32,000 bases of DNA from Synechococcus elongatus PCC 6301. Lineage in GTDB: Bacteria; Cyanobacteriota; Cyanobacteriia; Synechococcales; Synechococcaceae. Below the pieces are notes generated by a model. That model saw only the letters and a list, made by a program, of their open reading frames with translations, had not been told where the DNA came from and ran no database searches. How positions within the stretch are numbered: position 1 is the first letter of the stretch; every line of letters begins with the position of its first letter. Made by a program: the position numbers and the translations under genes. The DNA lies in contig NC_006576.1 of assembly GCF_000010065.1 (NCBI RefSeq), positions 930,001 through 962,000 on the forward strand, in the 5' to 3' direction. Below, piece by piece: positions 1 through 9,903 of the stretch.

Positions 1-121
1 AGCAAGGTGCTGTCTAGCTTGTTCAGAGGCGATCGCAGCCTTCCGGTAAGCTGGATTTTGGAATCCTAGAGTCGCAGCTGAGAGCACTCTGGCTAAAAAC
101 CTTAGAGGAGGAGCGTAGTCG

Positions 122-1648
122 ATGGGACTACCCTGGTACCGTGTCCACACGGTCGTCCTCAATGATCCGGGACGACTGATTGCAGTGCACTTGATGCACA
201 CTGCCCTCGTGGCAGGTTGGGCAGGTTCGATGGCTTTATACGAACTTGCCATTTTTGATCCTTCTGATGCCGTGCTGAACCCCATGTGGCGGCAAGGCAT
301 GTTCGTGTTGCCGTTCATGGCGCGTTTGGGCGTCACCCAATCTTGGGGTGGCTGGAGCATCACCGGCGAAACCGCCGTGGATCCTGGCTATTGGAGCTTT
401 GAAGGCGTCGCGATCGCCCACATCGTACTGTCGGGTCTGCTGTTCCTCGCAGCAGTCTGGCACTGGGTCTACTGGGACCTCGAACTCTTTACCGATCCCC
501 GCACCGGCGAACCGGCCTTGGACCTGCCAAAAATGTTTGGCATCCACCTGTTCCTCTCCGGTCTTCTTTGCTTCGGCTTCGGTGCTTTCCACCTGTCTGG
601 CCTCTGGGGCCCGGGGATGTGGGTCTCCGATCCCTACGGCTTGACCGGCCATGTCCAACCAGTTGCCCCGGCCTGGGGTCCTGAAGGCTTCAACCCCTTC
701 AATCCGGGTGGCATTGTGGCTCACCACATTGCAGCCGGTGTCGTTGGCATCGTCGCAGGCCTCTTCCACCTGACGGTTCGTCCCCCCGAGCGCCTCTACA
801 AAGCGCTGCGGATGGGCAACATCGAAACCGTCTTGTCGAGCTCCTTGGCAGCAGTCTTCTTCGCTGCTTTTGTGGTCGCTGGCACGATGTGGTACGGCAA
901 CGCTGCCACGCCAGTCGAACTGTTTGGCCCAACTCGCTACCAGTGGGACCAAGGCTACTTCCGTCAGGAAATTGCCCGCCGGGTTGATACGGCTGTCGCC
1001 AGTGGCGCTTCTTTAGAGGAAGCTTGGAGCTCCATTCCTGAAAAACTGGCCTTCTATGACTACGTCGGCAACAGCCCTGCTAAAGGTGGCTTGTTCCGTA
1101 CCGGTCAGATGAACAAAGGTGACGGGATTGCCCAAGGCTGGCTCGGCCACGCTGTCTTCAAGGACAAAAATGGCGATGTGCTCGACGTCCGTCGCTTGCC
1201 GAACTTCTTCGAGAACTTCCCGATCGTCTTGACTGACAGCAAAGGTGCTGTGCGGGCAGACATTCCTTTCCGTCGTGCTGAAGCGAAATTCAGCTTCGAG
1301 GAAACCGGAATTACGGCTAGCTTCTACGGCGGTTCTCTGAATGGCCAAACCATCACTGATCCGGCGCAGGTGAAGAAATACGCCCGTAAGGCTCAGTTGG
1401 GTGAAGCGTTCGAATTCGACACCGAAACCCTTAACTCGGACGGTGTGTTCCGGACTTCGCCGCGTGGCTGGTTCACCTTTGGTCACGCCAGCTTTGCTCT
1501 GCTCTTCTTCTTTGGCCATATCTGGCACGGCTCTCGGACGCTGTTCCGCGATGTCTTTGCTGGGATTGAAGCCGACTTGGGCGAGCAGATTGAATTCGGG
1601 GCCTTCCAGAAATTGGGTGACCCGACCACTCGGAAAACAGCCGCTTAA
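122..1648 (+). CDS. psbB: Photosystem II CP47 chlorophyll-binding protein
   Basis: 508-aa ORF starting [41 protein letters not shown], a recognisable CP47 N-terminus; ATG at 122, TAA at 1646-1648. Confidence 0.99.
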   Translation: MGLPWYRVHTVVLNDPGRLIAVHLMHTALVAGWAGSMALYELAIFDPSDAVLNPMWRQGMFVLPFMARLGVTQSWGGWSITGETAVDPGYWSFEGVAIAHIVLSGLLFLAAVWHWVYWDLELFTDPRTGEPALDLPKMFGIHLFLSGLLCFGFGAFHLSGLWGPGMWVSDPYGLTGHVQPVAPAWGPEGFNPFNPGGIVAHHIAAGVVGIVAGLFHLTVRPPERLYKALRMGNIETVLSSSLAAVFFAAFVVAGTMWYGNAATPVELFGPTRYQWDQGYFRQEIARRVDTAVASGASLEEAWSSIPEKLAFYDYVGNSPAKGGLFRTGQMNKGDGIAQGWLGHAVFKDKNGDVLDVRRLPNFFENFPIVLTDSKGAVRADIPFRRAEAKFSFEETGITASFYGGSLNGQTITDPAQVKKYARKAQLGEAFEFDTETLNSDGVFRTSPRGWFTFGHASFALLFFFGHIWHGSRTLFRDVFAGIEADLGEQIEFGAFQKLGDPTTRKTAA

Positions 1649-1724
1649 GGTTGTGAATGGTTAGAGCGGTTTGGGTGATGCTCATTCCGCTCAGCTTTCT
1701 TGCTCTGACTATTGGCTCACGGTC

Positions 1725-1820
1725 ATGGAAAGTCTCGTCTACATCTTCGTTTTCGTTGTGGCACTGGGTGTGCTGTTCTTCGCGATCGCCTTCCGCGAAC
1801 CACCTCGAATCGGCAAATAA
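1725..1820 (+). CDS. psbT: Photosystem II protein PsbT (31 aa)
   Basis: Read directly: MESLVYIFVFVVALGVLFFAIAFREPPRIGK*. Classical PsbT sequence directly downstream of psbB. Too short for the ORF track. Confidence 0.97.
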   Translation: MESLVYIFVFVVALGVLFFAIAFREPPRIGK

Positions 1821-1827
1821 CCCGCTA

Positions 1828-1874
1828 CAACTGGCCTACAGCCCCGATGCGACTCTGAGTTTGTAGACCAGTTG
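1828..1874 (+). other. Inverted repeat/stem-loop downstream of psbT
   Basis: CAACTGG(c)CTAC at 1828-1839 pairs with GTAG(a)CCAGTTG at 1863-1874; starts 8 nt after the psbT stop; no U-run. Confidence 0.5.
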
Positions 1875-2029
1875 ACCGCTTAGACTCGTTGTTCCTAGCG
1901 ATCGCAGTTGTTCCTTTTGGAACCGCTTCGATTACACTATGGGGCAACGAGTCTTTGCTTTTAGGGTCGTCTCTGTTTCCGAATCCATGTCTCGGAAACA
2001 CCTTTCCGAAAGCTTGCGAGGAAACGAGA

Positions 2030-2536
2030 ATGCAATGTCCAGCCTGTCGTCATACTGATAGCCGGGTCCTCGAATCGCGATCGTCTGAAAGTGGTCGCAG
2101 TGTGCGGCGGAGACGCGAGTGCCTCAGTTGTGGCCATCGATTTACCACCTACGAACGGGTGGAGTTTGTTCCGATTAGCGTTATCAAACGCAATGGCGAT
2201 CGCGAGTCTTTCGATCGCTCCAAATTGCTGCGCGGGATTGTCCGTGCCTGTGAAAAAACTGGCGTCTCAGCTCAGCAAATGGATCTGCTCGTCGATGAAA
2301 TTGAGGGGACCCTTCAGCAGCGCAGCTCTCGCGATGTTCAAAGTTCAGAAATTGGCGAGATGGTGCTGCAGCAAATTGGCCGTCTGAGCGAAGTAGCCTA
2401 CATCCGTTTTGCCTCGGTTTATCGTCAGTTTCGAGGCGTGCGGGATTTTGTCGAAACCCTCGATCGCCTCCAAGATCTCAGTCGTGATGAAGTGGGGGAT
2501 GTCCCAGCAGCCGTTACTAGCTTGACGTCGGCCTAA
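2030..2536 (+). CDS. nrdR: Transcriptional repressor NrdR
   Basis: [17 protein letters not shown]...[20 protein letters not shown]: zinc ribbon plus ATP-cone. Start taken as ATG 2030 rather than the track start 1889. Confidence 0.95.
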   Translation: MQCPACRHTDSRVLESRSSESGRSVRRRRECLSCGHRFTTYERVEFVPISVIKRNGDRESFDRSKLLRGIVRACEKTGVSAQQMDLLVDEIEGTLQQRSSRDVQSSEIGEMVLQQIGRLSEVAYIRFASVYRQFRGVRDFVETLDRLQDLSRDEVGDVPAAVTSLTSA

Positions 2537-2625
2537 CGGTTGCGATCGCCCTTGGGCGAGAAGACCACTATTCCAGCTGTGATGGATTGATTCAGATCGA
2601 TTAATCATTTGCCGCTCATCGAAAG

Positions 2626-2652
2626 ATTGAGTCCAATGATCACGGACTCAAT
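2626..2652. other. 9-bp perfect inverted repeat in the nrdR-rps1 intergenic region
   Basis: ATTGAGTCC (2626-2634), 9-nt loop AATGATCAC, GGACTCAAT (2644-2652). Confidence 0.6.
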
Positions 2653-2813
2653 TTGGACTGGCAAAATTCAAGAGATACGGTAAGATTTTGATTTGGGCAG
2701 TTGCCCGCCGGCCCAAGAGCGACTTGTGGCGTCCTGACAGCGCGATCGCCTGTCTAGCCAGCCTTGGTATCGCTCAAATTCGCAGCGGAGATCCACTCTA
2801 GGAAGCGTTTAGC

Positions 2814-3737
2814 ATGGTCACACAGGACATCCCAGCGGTCGATATTGGCTTTACTCACGAAGATTTTGCCGCCCTACTCGATCAGTACGACTATCACTTC
2901 AATCCGGGTGATACCGTCGTCGGCACAGTCTTCAATCTAGAACCGCGGGGTGCCCTGATTGACATCGGTGCGAAAACGGCAGCATTTTTGCCGGTTCAAG
3001 AGATGTCGATCAACCGGGTCGAAAGCCCGGAAGAAGTTCTTCAGCCCAGCGAAATGCGGGAGTTTTTCATCCTCAGCGATGAGAACGAAGATGGTCAGCT
3101 GACGCTGTCGATCCGCCGCATTGAGTACATGCGGGCTTGGGAGCGAGTGCGCCAGCTCCAAACCGAAGACGCCACCGTGCGATCAGAAGTATTCGCCACC
3201 AACCGCGGCGGTGCTTTGGTGCGGATTGAAGGCCTGCGCGGCTTCATTCCGGGCTCGCACATCAGCACCCGCAAAGCCAAAGAGGATTTGGTGGGCGAAG
3301 AACTCCCCCTGAAATTTTTGGAAGTGGACGAAGACCGCAACCGCTTGGTGCTCAGCCACCGTCGGGCGCTGGTCGAGCGGAAGATGAATCGCCTCGAAGT
3401 GGGCGAAGTCGTCGTCGGTGCAGTGCGCGGTATCAAACCCTATGGTGCCTTTATTGACATCGGTGGCGTCAGCGGTCTACTGCACATCTCCGAAATTTCC
3501 CACGACCACATCGAGACTCCACACAGCGTCTTCAATGTCAATGACGAAGTCAAAGTCATGATCATTGATTTGGATGCCGAACGCGGTCGGATTTCGCTGT
3601 CGACCAAGCAACTGGAGCCCGAGCCGGGCGACATGGTTCGCAACCCCGAAGTGGTCTACGAGAAAGCCGAAGAAATGGCTGCTCAATATCGCGAAAAATT
3701 GAAACAGCAAGCTGAAGGTCTGGTCGTTACCGAATAG
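2814..3737 (+). CDS. rps1: 30S ribosomal protein S1 (short cyanobacterial/plastid-like form)
   Basis: 307 aa with S1 motifs: DTVVGTVFNLEPRGALIDIGAKTAAFLP, VVGAVRGIKPYGAFIDIGGVSGLLHISEIS. Confidence 0.95.
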   Translation: MVTQDIPAVDIGFTHEDFAALLDQYDYHFNPGDTVVGTVFNLEPRGALIDIGAKTAAFLPVQEMSINRVESPEEVLQPSEMREFFILSDENEDGQLTLSIRRIEYMRAWERVRQLQTEDATVRSEVFATNRGGALVRIEGLRGFIPGSHISTRKAKEDLVGEELPLKFLEVDEDRNRLVLSHRRALVERKMNRLEVGEVVVGAVRGIKPYGAFIDIGGVSGLLHISEISHDHIETPHSVFNVNDEVKVMIIDLDAERGRISLSTKQLEPEPGDMVRNPEVVYEKAEEMAAQYREKLKQQAEGLVVTE

Positions 3738-3763
3738 ACAACGATTGCTCTGCTGCTGAAGAG

Positions 3764-3791
3764 AACCGGGCCGCTCAGGTCCGGTTTTTTT
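3764..3791 (+). terminator. Rho-independent-like terminator of rps1
   Basis: AACCGG (3764-3769) ... CCGGTT (3781-3786) followed by a T-run, 27 nt after the rps1 stop. Confidence 0.75.
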
Positions 3792-3837
3792 GTGGAGACT
3801 GCCACTCCGTTCGCTCTTAGATGCTGTTGCCCTAGCC

Positions 3838-4623
3838 ATGCCCGTCCTGCAATTCCGCGATCAGCGCAGCGGCGATCGCTGGCAAATATCAGTCCAAGCC
3901 TTGCTGTTTGATAAGGATGGGACGTTGGCGAATAGCGAGGCGTTCCTGCAGCGACTGGTCTTGGCCCGCTACGGAGCGATTGCGGCACAGGTTCCCGACC
4001 TCACGACCGACCTCTTGCTGAGTTGGGGCTATCGGCAGGAGCGCGTTGACCCAGCTGGGTTGATGGCGATCGGTAGCCGTCAAGAGAATTTAATTGCTGC
4101 AGCTAGCGCGATCGCAGCTCAAGGCTACAGTTGGCCTCGTGCCCTTGACCTGGCAGAGAAGTCCTTTCGTCGAGGCGATGCAGCCTGTGAGCCAAAGGCT
4201 GCTCAAACGCCCCCGATCGCGGGCATTCAGAAGCTGCTATCTCAGGCGCGATCGCTCGGCCTCAAGATTGCGGTGATCTCTGCCGATAGCGAGGCTCAGA
4301 TTCAGTCCTTTTTGGATTGTCATCAGTTGCGTGACTTTGTAGATCTGATTTGGGGCTGCGATCGTCGGCCCAGTAAACCCGATCCGGCTGCTGTTCTAAC
4401 TGTCTGTCAGCAGCTCAACGTCGATCCGAGTACCGCCGTCGTGATTGGCGATGCCGATAGCGATCTGCGGATGGCTGCAGGCGCTGGAGTTGCAGCGATC
4501 GCAGCCGCTTGGGGCTGGTCACAAGCACCGATATTTGAGGCGATCACGCCGATTGTCACTGATGTTGAGGATTTAAAACTCCTAAGAGACGCATCCTCGG
4601 GCGATCGCCCTCCACGGATCTAG
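3838..4623 (+). CDS. HAD-superfamily hydrolase (phosphatase-like)
   Basis: VQALLFDKDGTLANSEAF (DxDG motif I), VISADS, DAAVLT.., VVIGDADSDLRMAAGAG. Start uncertain: ATG 3838 is preferred over 3790, which lies in the terminator. Confidence 0.85.
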   Translation: MPVLQFRDQRSGDRWQISVQALLFDKDGTLANSEAFLQRLVLARYGAIAAQVPDLTTDLLLSWGYRQERVDPAGLMAIGSRQENLIAAASAIAAQGYSWPRALDLAEKSFRRGDAACEPKAAQTPPIAGIQKLLSQARSLGLKIAVISADSEAQIQSFLDCHQLRDFVDLIWGCDRRPSKPDPAAVLTVCQQLNVDPSTAVVIGDADSDLRMAAGAGVAAIAAAWGWSQAPIFEAITPIVTDVEDLKLLRDASSGDRPPRI

Positions 4624-4684
4624 CAATCGCTGCAGGTGGTTGCCAGACTAGAGGGCACAGGAATGACACCAAGGTTCAGACCCC

Positions 4685-5239
4685 ATGAATCGATCACTGC
4701 GCTGGGCATTGGGCCTCTGGGTCAGCTTGGGATTCACACCTGTCCAAGCCTTAGAGACAGTCACCTTCTCAGCGGATGGACAAGTGCAGCAACTGGCGAT
4801 TGCCGATCTCGCAGTTCTGGCGCAACAGGGGCAAGCCTCCAGCGATCTCTCACGGCTGCTTCAACAAGCCGGGCTGAACAGCCAAGCCGTACGACGCTTC
4901 TTAAATTCCCCTCTGCCCTTATCTGGCAGCCAATTATCGGCACTCCTCGACCTCGGTTTTGGCGATCGCCTCGTGCAGGAGCTGAGTCGGACCTTGGGTG
5001 CCCAAGCAGAACAACTGCAGAACCCCACCCGCATCAATAATCGCCTCGCCCAGCTCGCCAGCCAGCCTAGGATTTCGGTGCTGCAACTGCTGGAAGTGTT
5101 GCCGGCCCAAAGCCTCGCAATCGAAATCCCGCGGCTGCTCAAAGTGCTGCTGCCCTTGCAAACCCAGTTCCGCAGCCTCGGGTTAGACCTTGCCGATGTG
5201 GTGCCCTGCCTCAGCGATCGCAGTTGTAGCAGCCGCTAA
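4685..5239 (+). CDS. DUF1400-like protein with a putative signal peptide
   Basis: 184 aa; hydrophobic N-terminus MNRSLRWALGLWVSLGFTPVQALE then DUF1400-like pattern VQQLAIADLAVLAQQGQ...VRRFLNSPLPLSGSQL. Confidence 0.65.
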   Translation: MNRSLRWALGLWVSLGFTPVQALETVTFSADGQVQQLAIADLAVLAQQGQASSDLSRLLQQAGLNSQAVRRFLNSPLPLSGSQLSALLDLGFGDRLVQELSRTLGAQAEQLQNPTRINNRLAQLASQPRISVLQLLEVLPAQSLAIEIPRLLKVLLPLQTQFRSLGLDLADVVPCLSDRSCSSR

Positions 5240-5580
5240 GCCGCTGTCGCCAGCAACTGACGCAGCAGCGATCGCAAGTGCTGTCGTCCTTCTTGACTGG
5301 CCTGGGGCATTTCCGATAACTGGCTAAGCAGCGTGATGGCAGCCACATCTTCAGCCGCTTCAAACGAGTCTAGGGGCACGAGCAATTGCGAGTCCTCGCG
5401 ACAGTCGAAAACTTGCCAAGACTCCGTTTCGATCACCGCCACCGCTAAGGGGCGCAGCCACAGGCGATCGCGATCGCTGACCACCTCAATCACCTCAGCC
5501 AGTAACCACAGCGGCGATCGCTGGCACTGAACGATTTGTCCAGCACAGAATGACGATCGCGATGGTTGCCCAAGGGACAT
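5236..5580 (-). CDS. Conserved hypothetical protein
   Basis: 114-aa ORF filling the gap between flanking genes, divergent from clpS; family not recognised. Confidence 0.6.
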   Translation of the reverse strand: MSLGQPSRSSFCAGQIVQCQRSPLWLLAEVIEVVSDRDRLWLRPLAVAVIETESWQVFDCREDSQLLVPLDSFEAAEDVAAITLLSQLSEMPQASQEGRQHLRSLLRQLLATAA

Positions 5581-5714
5581 TTGTTACACTGATACTGCTT
5601 TTCACAATCGAAACTAACTCGAAATCTGTGCTCCTGCGTTGAGAAAAGGGAAGACAGACCAAACGAGTTGAGTCATCGTCAATCGTTGTTTTTTGAAACC
5701 AGAGGAGATCTGCA

Positions 5715-5990
5715 ATGGCCGTGGAGACCATTCAGAAACCAGAAACCACGACCAAACGCAAAATTGCGCCGCGCTATCGGGTTTTGCTCCACAACGATGA
5801 CTTCAACCCGATGGAGTATGTGGTCATGGTGCTGATGCAAACAGTGCCGAGCCTGACCCAGCCCCAAGCCGTGGACATCATGATGGAGGCCCACACCAAC
5901 GGCACCGGCTTGGTGATTACCTGCGACATTGAGCCAGCAGAGTTTTACTGCGAACAGCTAAAAAGTCACGGGCTTGAGCAGCAGCATTGA
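5715..5990 (+). CDS. clpS: ATP-dependent Clp protease adaptor ClpS
   Basis: 91 aa: RYRVLLHNDDFNPMEYVVMVLMQTVPSLTQPQAVDIMMEAHTNGTGLV; good SD (agaggaga) upstream. Confidence 0.96.
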   Translation: MAVETIQKPETTTKRKIAPRYRVLLHNDDFNPMEYVVMVLMQTVPSLTQPQAVDIMMEAHTNGTGLVITCDIEPAEFYCEQLKSHGLEQQH

Positions 5991-6820
5991 ACCGGACGAC
6001 TAAGCTGCTGACACGCCTGTTTACAGCCCTGCGCGATCGCCCCGTTTGGCAGCGGGTACCGGCTTTCTTGGTCATCCTCGCACTGCTGTGGCTGCCGTGG
6101 TTAGGGCTCGGTTCCCTTGCGATCGCGGACAGCAATAGCCGCTCGATCGTCACGCTGGTCGGACTGTACGTCATCTTCTTGTTACTCTTGCCCCGCTGGG
6201 GTGAGAGTCAAACCGCCTGGCGACAGCCCTTCCGCCACTATGGTTTGGCGTGGAATGGGCGCTGGCGGCGATCGTGGCTGCTAGGGCTCGGGCTGGGTAT
6301 CAGTCTCGTTTTGCTGCTCTATGGCCTGCAGTGGAGCCTCGGTTGGCAACAGTGGCAGGGTTGGCCGCCCCAGTTTGGGCGGTTGTTCTTCGAAGGACTG
6401 CTGATGGCCACTGCCGTCGGCTTTGCCGAGGAGCTGTTATTTCGCGGTTGGCTCCTCCAGGAACTACAACGCGATTTTCCGCAGCAGGGCGGCTGGATGA
6501 GCGCACTCATCTTTGCAGCAGTTCATCGTTTTGGGTTACAAATTTTCGGTTTAAGCCTCTTGGGACTGGCACTGGTTGCTGCGCGTCAGTGCGATCGCCA
6601 GCGTCTAGGCTTGCCCATGGGGCTGCATTCCGGGCTGGTCGCCGCCTACTACTGGGTCAATGTCGGTCAGCTGGTGCAGCCACGAGCCGGCCTTTGGGCA
6701 GGCTGGACAGGGTGGGAAGGCAACCCGTTGCAGAGCATCCCGGGCATTGGTCTCCTGATGCTGCTCTGGCTAGGGCTAGTTGCTTGGCAGCGGCGCAATC
6801 GCCCCGTACCTCAGTCTTGA
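5987..6820 (+). CDS. CPBP-family intramembrane metalloprotease
   Basis: Multiple TM segments; GFAEELLFRGWLLQEL (EExxxR) plus FAAVHRF and a later conserved H motif. TTG start overlapping clpS TGA (TTGA). Confidence 0.85.
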   Translation: MNRTTKLLTRLFTALRDRPVWQRVPAFLVILALLWLPWLGLGSLAIADSNSRSIVTLVGLYVIFLLLLPRWGESQTAWRQPFRHYGLAWNGRWRRSWLLGLGLGISLVLLLYGLQWSLGWQQWQGWPPQFGRLFFEGLLMATAVGFAEELLFRGWLLQELQRDFPQQGGWMSALIFAAVHRFGLQIFGLSLLGLALVAARQCDRQRLGLPMGLHSGLVAAYYWVNVGQLVQPRAGLWAGWTGWEGNPLQSIPGIGLLMLLWLGLVAWQRRNRPVPQS

Positions 6821-7149
6821 CAGCAATCCGCGATCGCGGGCTGGGCTTGACTGAAGCGCTGTAGCCAAACTTGTAGCGCGGCAAAACGGCTAGGACAGAG
6901 TGAGTAGTAGGTCCAGCGGCCTTGGGGACGGGCTTGGATCAAACCCGCCTCTCGCAACTGACGGAGGTGAAAGGAGAGCTTGGGCTGCTTGACCTGGAGG
7001 CGATCGCAGAGGTCACAGACGCAGAGTTCCTGTTTGCTCAAGAGATTCAACACTTGCAGACGCAGCGGATCGGCCATTGCTTGCAGGGCGATCGCCGGAT
7101 CGAGCGTTAGCGGACTCTGGCAGTTAGTTGTCGGGCTCGGCTGCGTCAT
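6811..7149 (-). CDS. ArsR/SmtB-family metalloregulator
   Basis: 112 aa winged helix: MADPLRLQVLNLLSKQELCVCDLCDRLQVKQPKLSFHLRQLREAGLI; ELCVCDLC motif. Confidence 0.9.
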   Translation of the reverse strand: MTQPSPTTNCQSPLTLDPAIALQAMADPLRLQVLNLLSKQELCVCDLCDRLQVKQPKLSFHLRQLREAGLIQARPQGRWTYYSLCPSRFAALQVWLQRFSQAQPAIADCCQD

Positions 7150-8743
7150 CAGGCTTCACAGAATCGCTGGGGGGCAGGGTCAGCCACAACTCAAACGGGG
7201 TCACACCCGCCCGGGACTTTTGCCACTGCAAGTGCAATTGATCAAAGGGCTGGAGGCGATCCTGCAGGAGTTTGGGCAGGGGTAGCAGACCGAGCTGCCG
7301 CAGTTGGGTGAGCTTGAGAATCAGGCGATCGCTAGGGCCATCGCCGGTCAGTGCTGCCGTGGGAGTGGTCGCCAGAGAGGGACGATCGCTCGGGGGTGGC
7401 AAAGTCAGCGTTGTACCTGCTGCCACCGTCAGGAAACTGACATTGTTCCTAAGCCAGCCATGTCGGGCGATTGGGCGACCATCGGGCAACTGCCAGAGCG
7501 TAGAGCCCCTTGCAGGAACGACTTTGAGTTGACCTGTTTTCTTCAGGTGTTCATCCAGCTTCTGCCAACTCTGCTCCGCTTGGCGTCGGTTACTGGCCTG
7601 CACCAGCAGGATCAGCCCCGCCCGAGGTTGGGATTGATTGGCAGGATTGGGATTTTGAACGACACCGATCGCATAGCTACCCTGGCTCCAGCTCAGCCAA
7701 TCCCGCTGGAGCTGGGTGCTGGTCAAAGCCTCAAAATCGCGATCGAATTGCTGACCACTGGGCAACTGCAGCGCGATCGGGCCGCCACTGATCGCCTGCC
7801 AGAATTGGGCGAGGTTGACCGATTCGAACCAGAGGACGGTTTCTGCGGGAACCTGCGATCGCAATTCCTGACGAGGACGGGGGGGCTGAGGGGACGTTGA
7901 GGCGGTCGTTTCCGACTCAGTTAGCGCCTTGCCCTGAATTTGAATGCCCTCCGACTGAGTGACAAAGTCAGCGCAAGCCGCCTCTGCCACTGGCGGTAGC
8001 CCCCAGGCATCACCCGCTTGGGTACTCGCCGACTGCAGCACAGGCCAGTCGAAATAGAGCCGCAGTTCTGTCGCAGGCGTACTGCCACACAGCCGCTGAT
8101 AGTCCGCCGTTTGGGTGAGGCTTCCCTCTCCTAGATAGGCAGACAGCAGGCGACGCAGCGTGGCATCACTCTCGCTCAACACGAGGTAGCGGTTCCGCAA
8201 CAGTAGCAGGGAATAACGATCGCCCAATCGCCCTACCAAGGACTGTCCCGATCGCTGTTCAATCCGCCATTGCTGTTGGCGCTCAAGAACTTGGAGGCGA
8301 TCGAGCAACAGTTCTGGCTGTGTCAGTTCAAGCGCGATCGCCGCTTGCAGAGACTGGGTTCCTAGCCCAGGGATGGGCGTTTGCGAGGACGGGAGCCAGA
8401 GGAGCAGCCGCTCGCTAGCCTGATCGACCAAGGGTTCAAGAAAGTCTGCTGGTAGTTGTTTTAACCAGTCTGCTTCACTCGCAAGAGAGCGAAATAGGCG
8501 ATCGCCCTGGTCAGCACTGAATAGGAGGCTGGCAGCGGTCTCTTGGGGCTGGAGATCCACCAAGGCACTGGTAGCAGAGTCATTGAGGTTCCAGGGGCGT
8601 TGCCACCACAGCAAGCTGACGGTAACCGCCAGCACAACCCCCGCGATCGCCCCAAGCACCAAGCGATCGCGCTGGGATCGGCGTCGCAAGATGCGCCAAC
8701 GGCGACGCAGTTTAGCCCAATCTGGCCGTACTTTAACCGGCAT
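7124..8743 (-). CDS. DUF3352-like protein with an N-terminal TM anchor
   Basis: 539 aa; single N-terminal TM ([20 protein letters not shown]); [15 protein letters not shown]... typical of the cyanobacterial DUF3352 family. Confidence 0.7.
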
Positions 8744-9893
8744 GAACAGCCTCCACCGCCACGGGCCGGTAGAGCGTATCGCGCTGGTAAGGTTGGCGCC
8801 CCGCAGCTGCGATCGCCGCCTCTAGCTGTTCCACGGTTTGAGCCGTTCCGCCCTGGGCCCCTGCCATGCTGGTAATGTGCTCCTCCATCAACGTGCCGCC
8901 CAAGTCATTGCAGCCCCAGTCGAGGGCTTGGGTTGCTCCAGCCAACCCCAGCTTGACCCAACTCGGTTGGTGATTGGCAATCCAGTCGCCCAGATACAGC
9001 CTGGCCACAGCCATCACCAACAGTGCATCGGATAAATCAGGCTGATCGCGCTTGACCCGCTTGCGCAGCGGTGCCGGCGCCAGCTCCCCCACAAACGGCA
9101 GCAGAATGAACTCCGTGATCCGGGCTGGGGTTTCGCCAGCGATCGCAGCTTGTTGGAGTTGTCGCAGTTGTTCTAGATGCTGAGCCTGCTGACTGGGCGT
9201 TTCGAGATGACCACTGAGCAGCGTGCTAGTCGTCGGCAAACCAACTTGGTGCGCAGTCTGGATGATTGTTTTCCAGGTTGCACTATCTAATTTTTCGGGA
9301 CAGAGAATCCGTCGCACCGAGTCATCCAACACTTCCGCTGCAGTGCCGGGCAAAGAGCCCACCCCCGCCGATCGCAAAGCCATCAACACCTCACGAAAAC
9401 TCAGCCCATCCTCCCGAGCAATAAACTGAATTTCTTGCGGTGAAAAAGCATGGAGATGAATCTGCGGAAAGGCTTGTTTAAGGCTGGCCGTCAACTCGAC
9501 ATAAAAGTCGAGCGATCGCCCGTTGCGTTTTGCCGCTGGATTCAGGCCACCCTGCAGACAAAATTCCGTTGCACCAGCGGCAACGGCTGCCGCTCCTTTT
9601 TCAAGCAGAATTGAAGCATCTAGCCAGAAAGCACCGTCTTGATCCGCATCACGACGAAAGGCGCAGAAGTTACAGTGCTGCTCGCAAATATTGGTGAAAT
9701 TGAGATTGCGATTGATCACATAGCTGACGCGATCGCCCACCTGTCGGGAACGGAGTTGGTTCGCCGCTGCCTGAATTTGCTGACGGAGCGAGCGATCGCG
9801 GGCTTTGAGTAAAACGGTAGCGGCTTCCGGTTCTAAAGGCTTGCCATCCAAAACAGACGCCAGGATGGCAGCGACGGTCGCCGAATCAATCAC
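8733..9893 (-). CDS. cofH: FO synthase subunit 2 (radical SAM, 8-hydroxy-5-deazaflavin biosynthesis)
   Basis: [17 protein letters not shown] (CxxxCxxC), [27 protein letters not shown]; these look CofH-type rather than CofG-type; GTG start. Confidence 0.85.
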
Positions 9894-9903
9894 GGGACAA
9901 CTC

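Noticed and set aside
236-952. 238-aa minus-strand ORF
   Set aside because: Entirely antisense to psbB; Asp/Glu/Gln/Arg-rich translation typical of a reverse-frame artefact.
4636-5040. 134-aa ORF in another frame overlapping the DUF1400-like gene
   Set aside because: Competing frame has DUF1400-like sequence and a signal peptide; this one is Ser/Arg/Pro-rich without a pattern.
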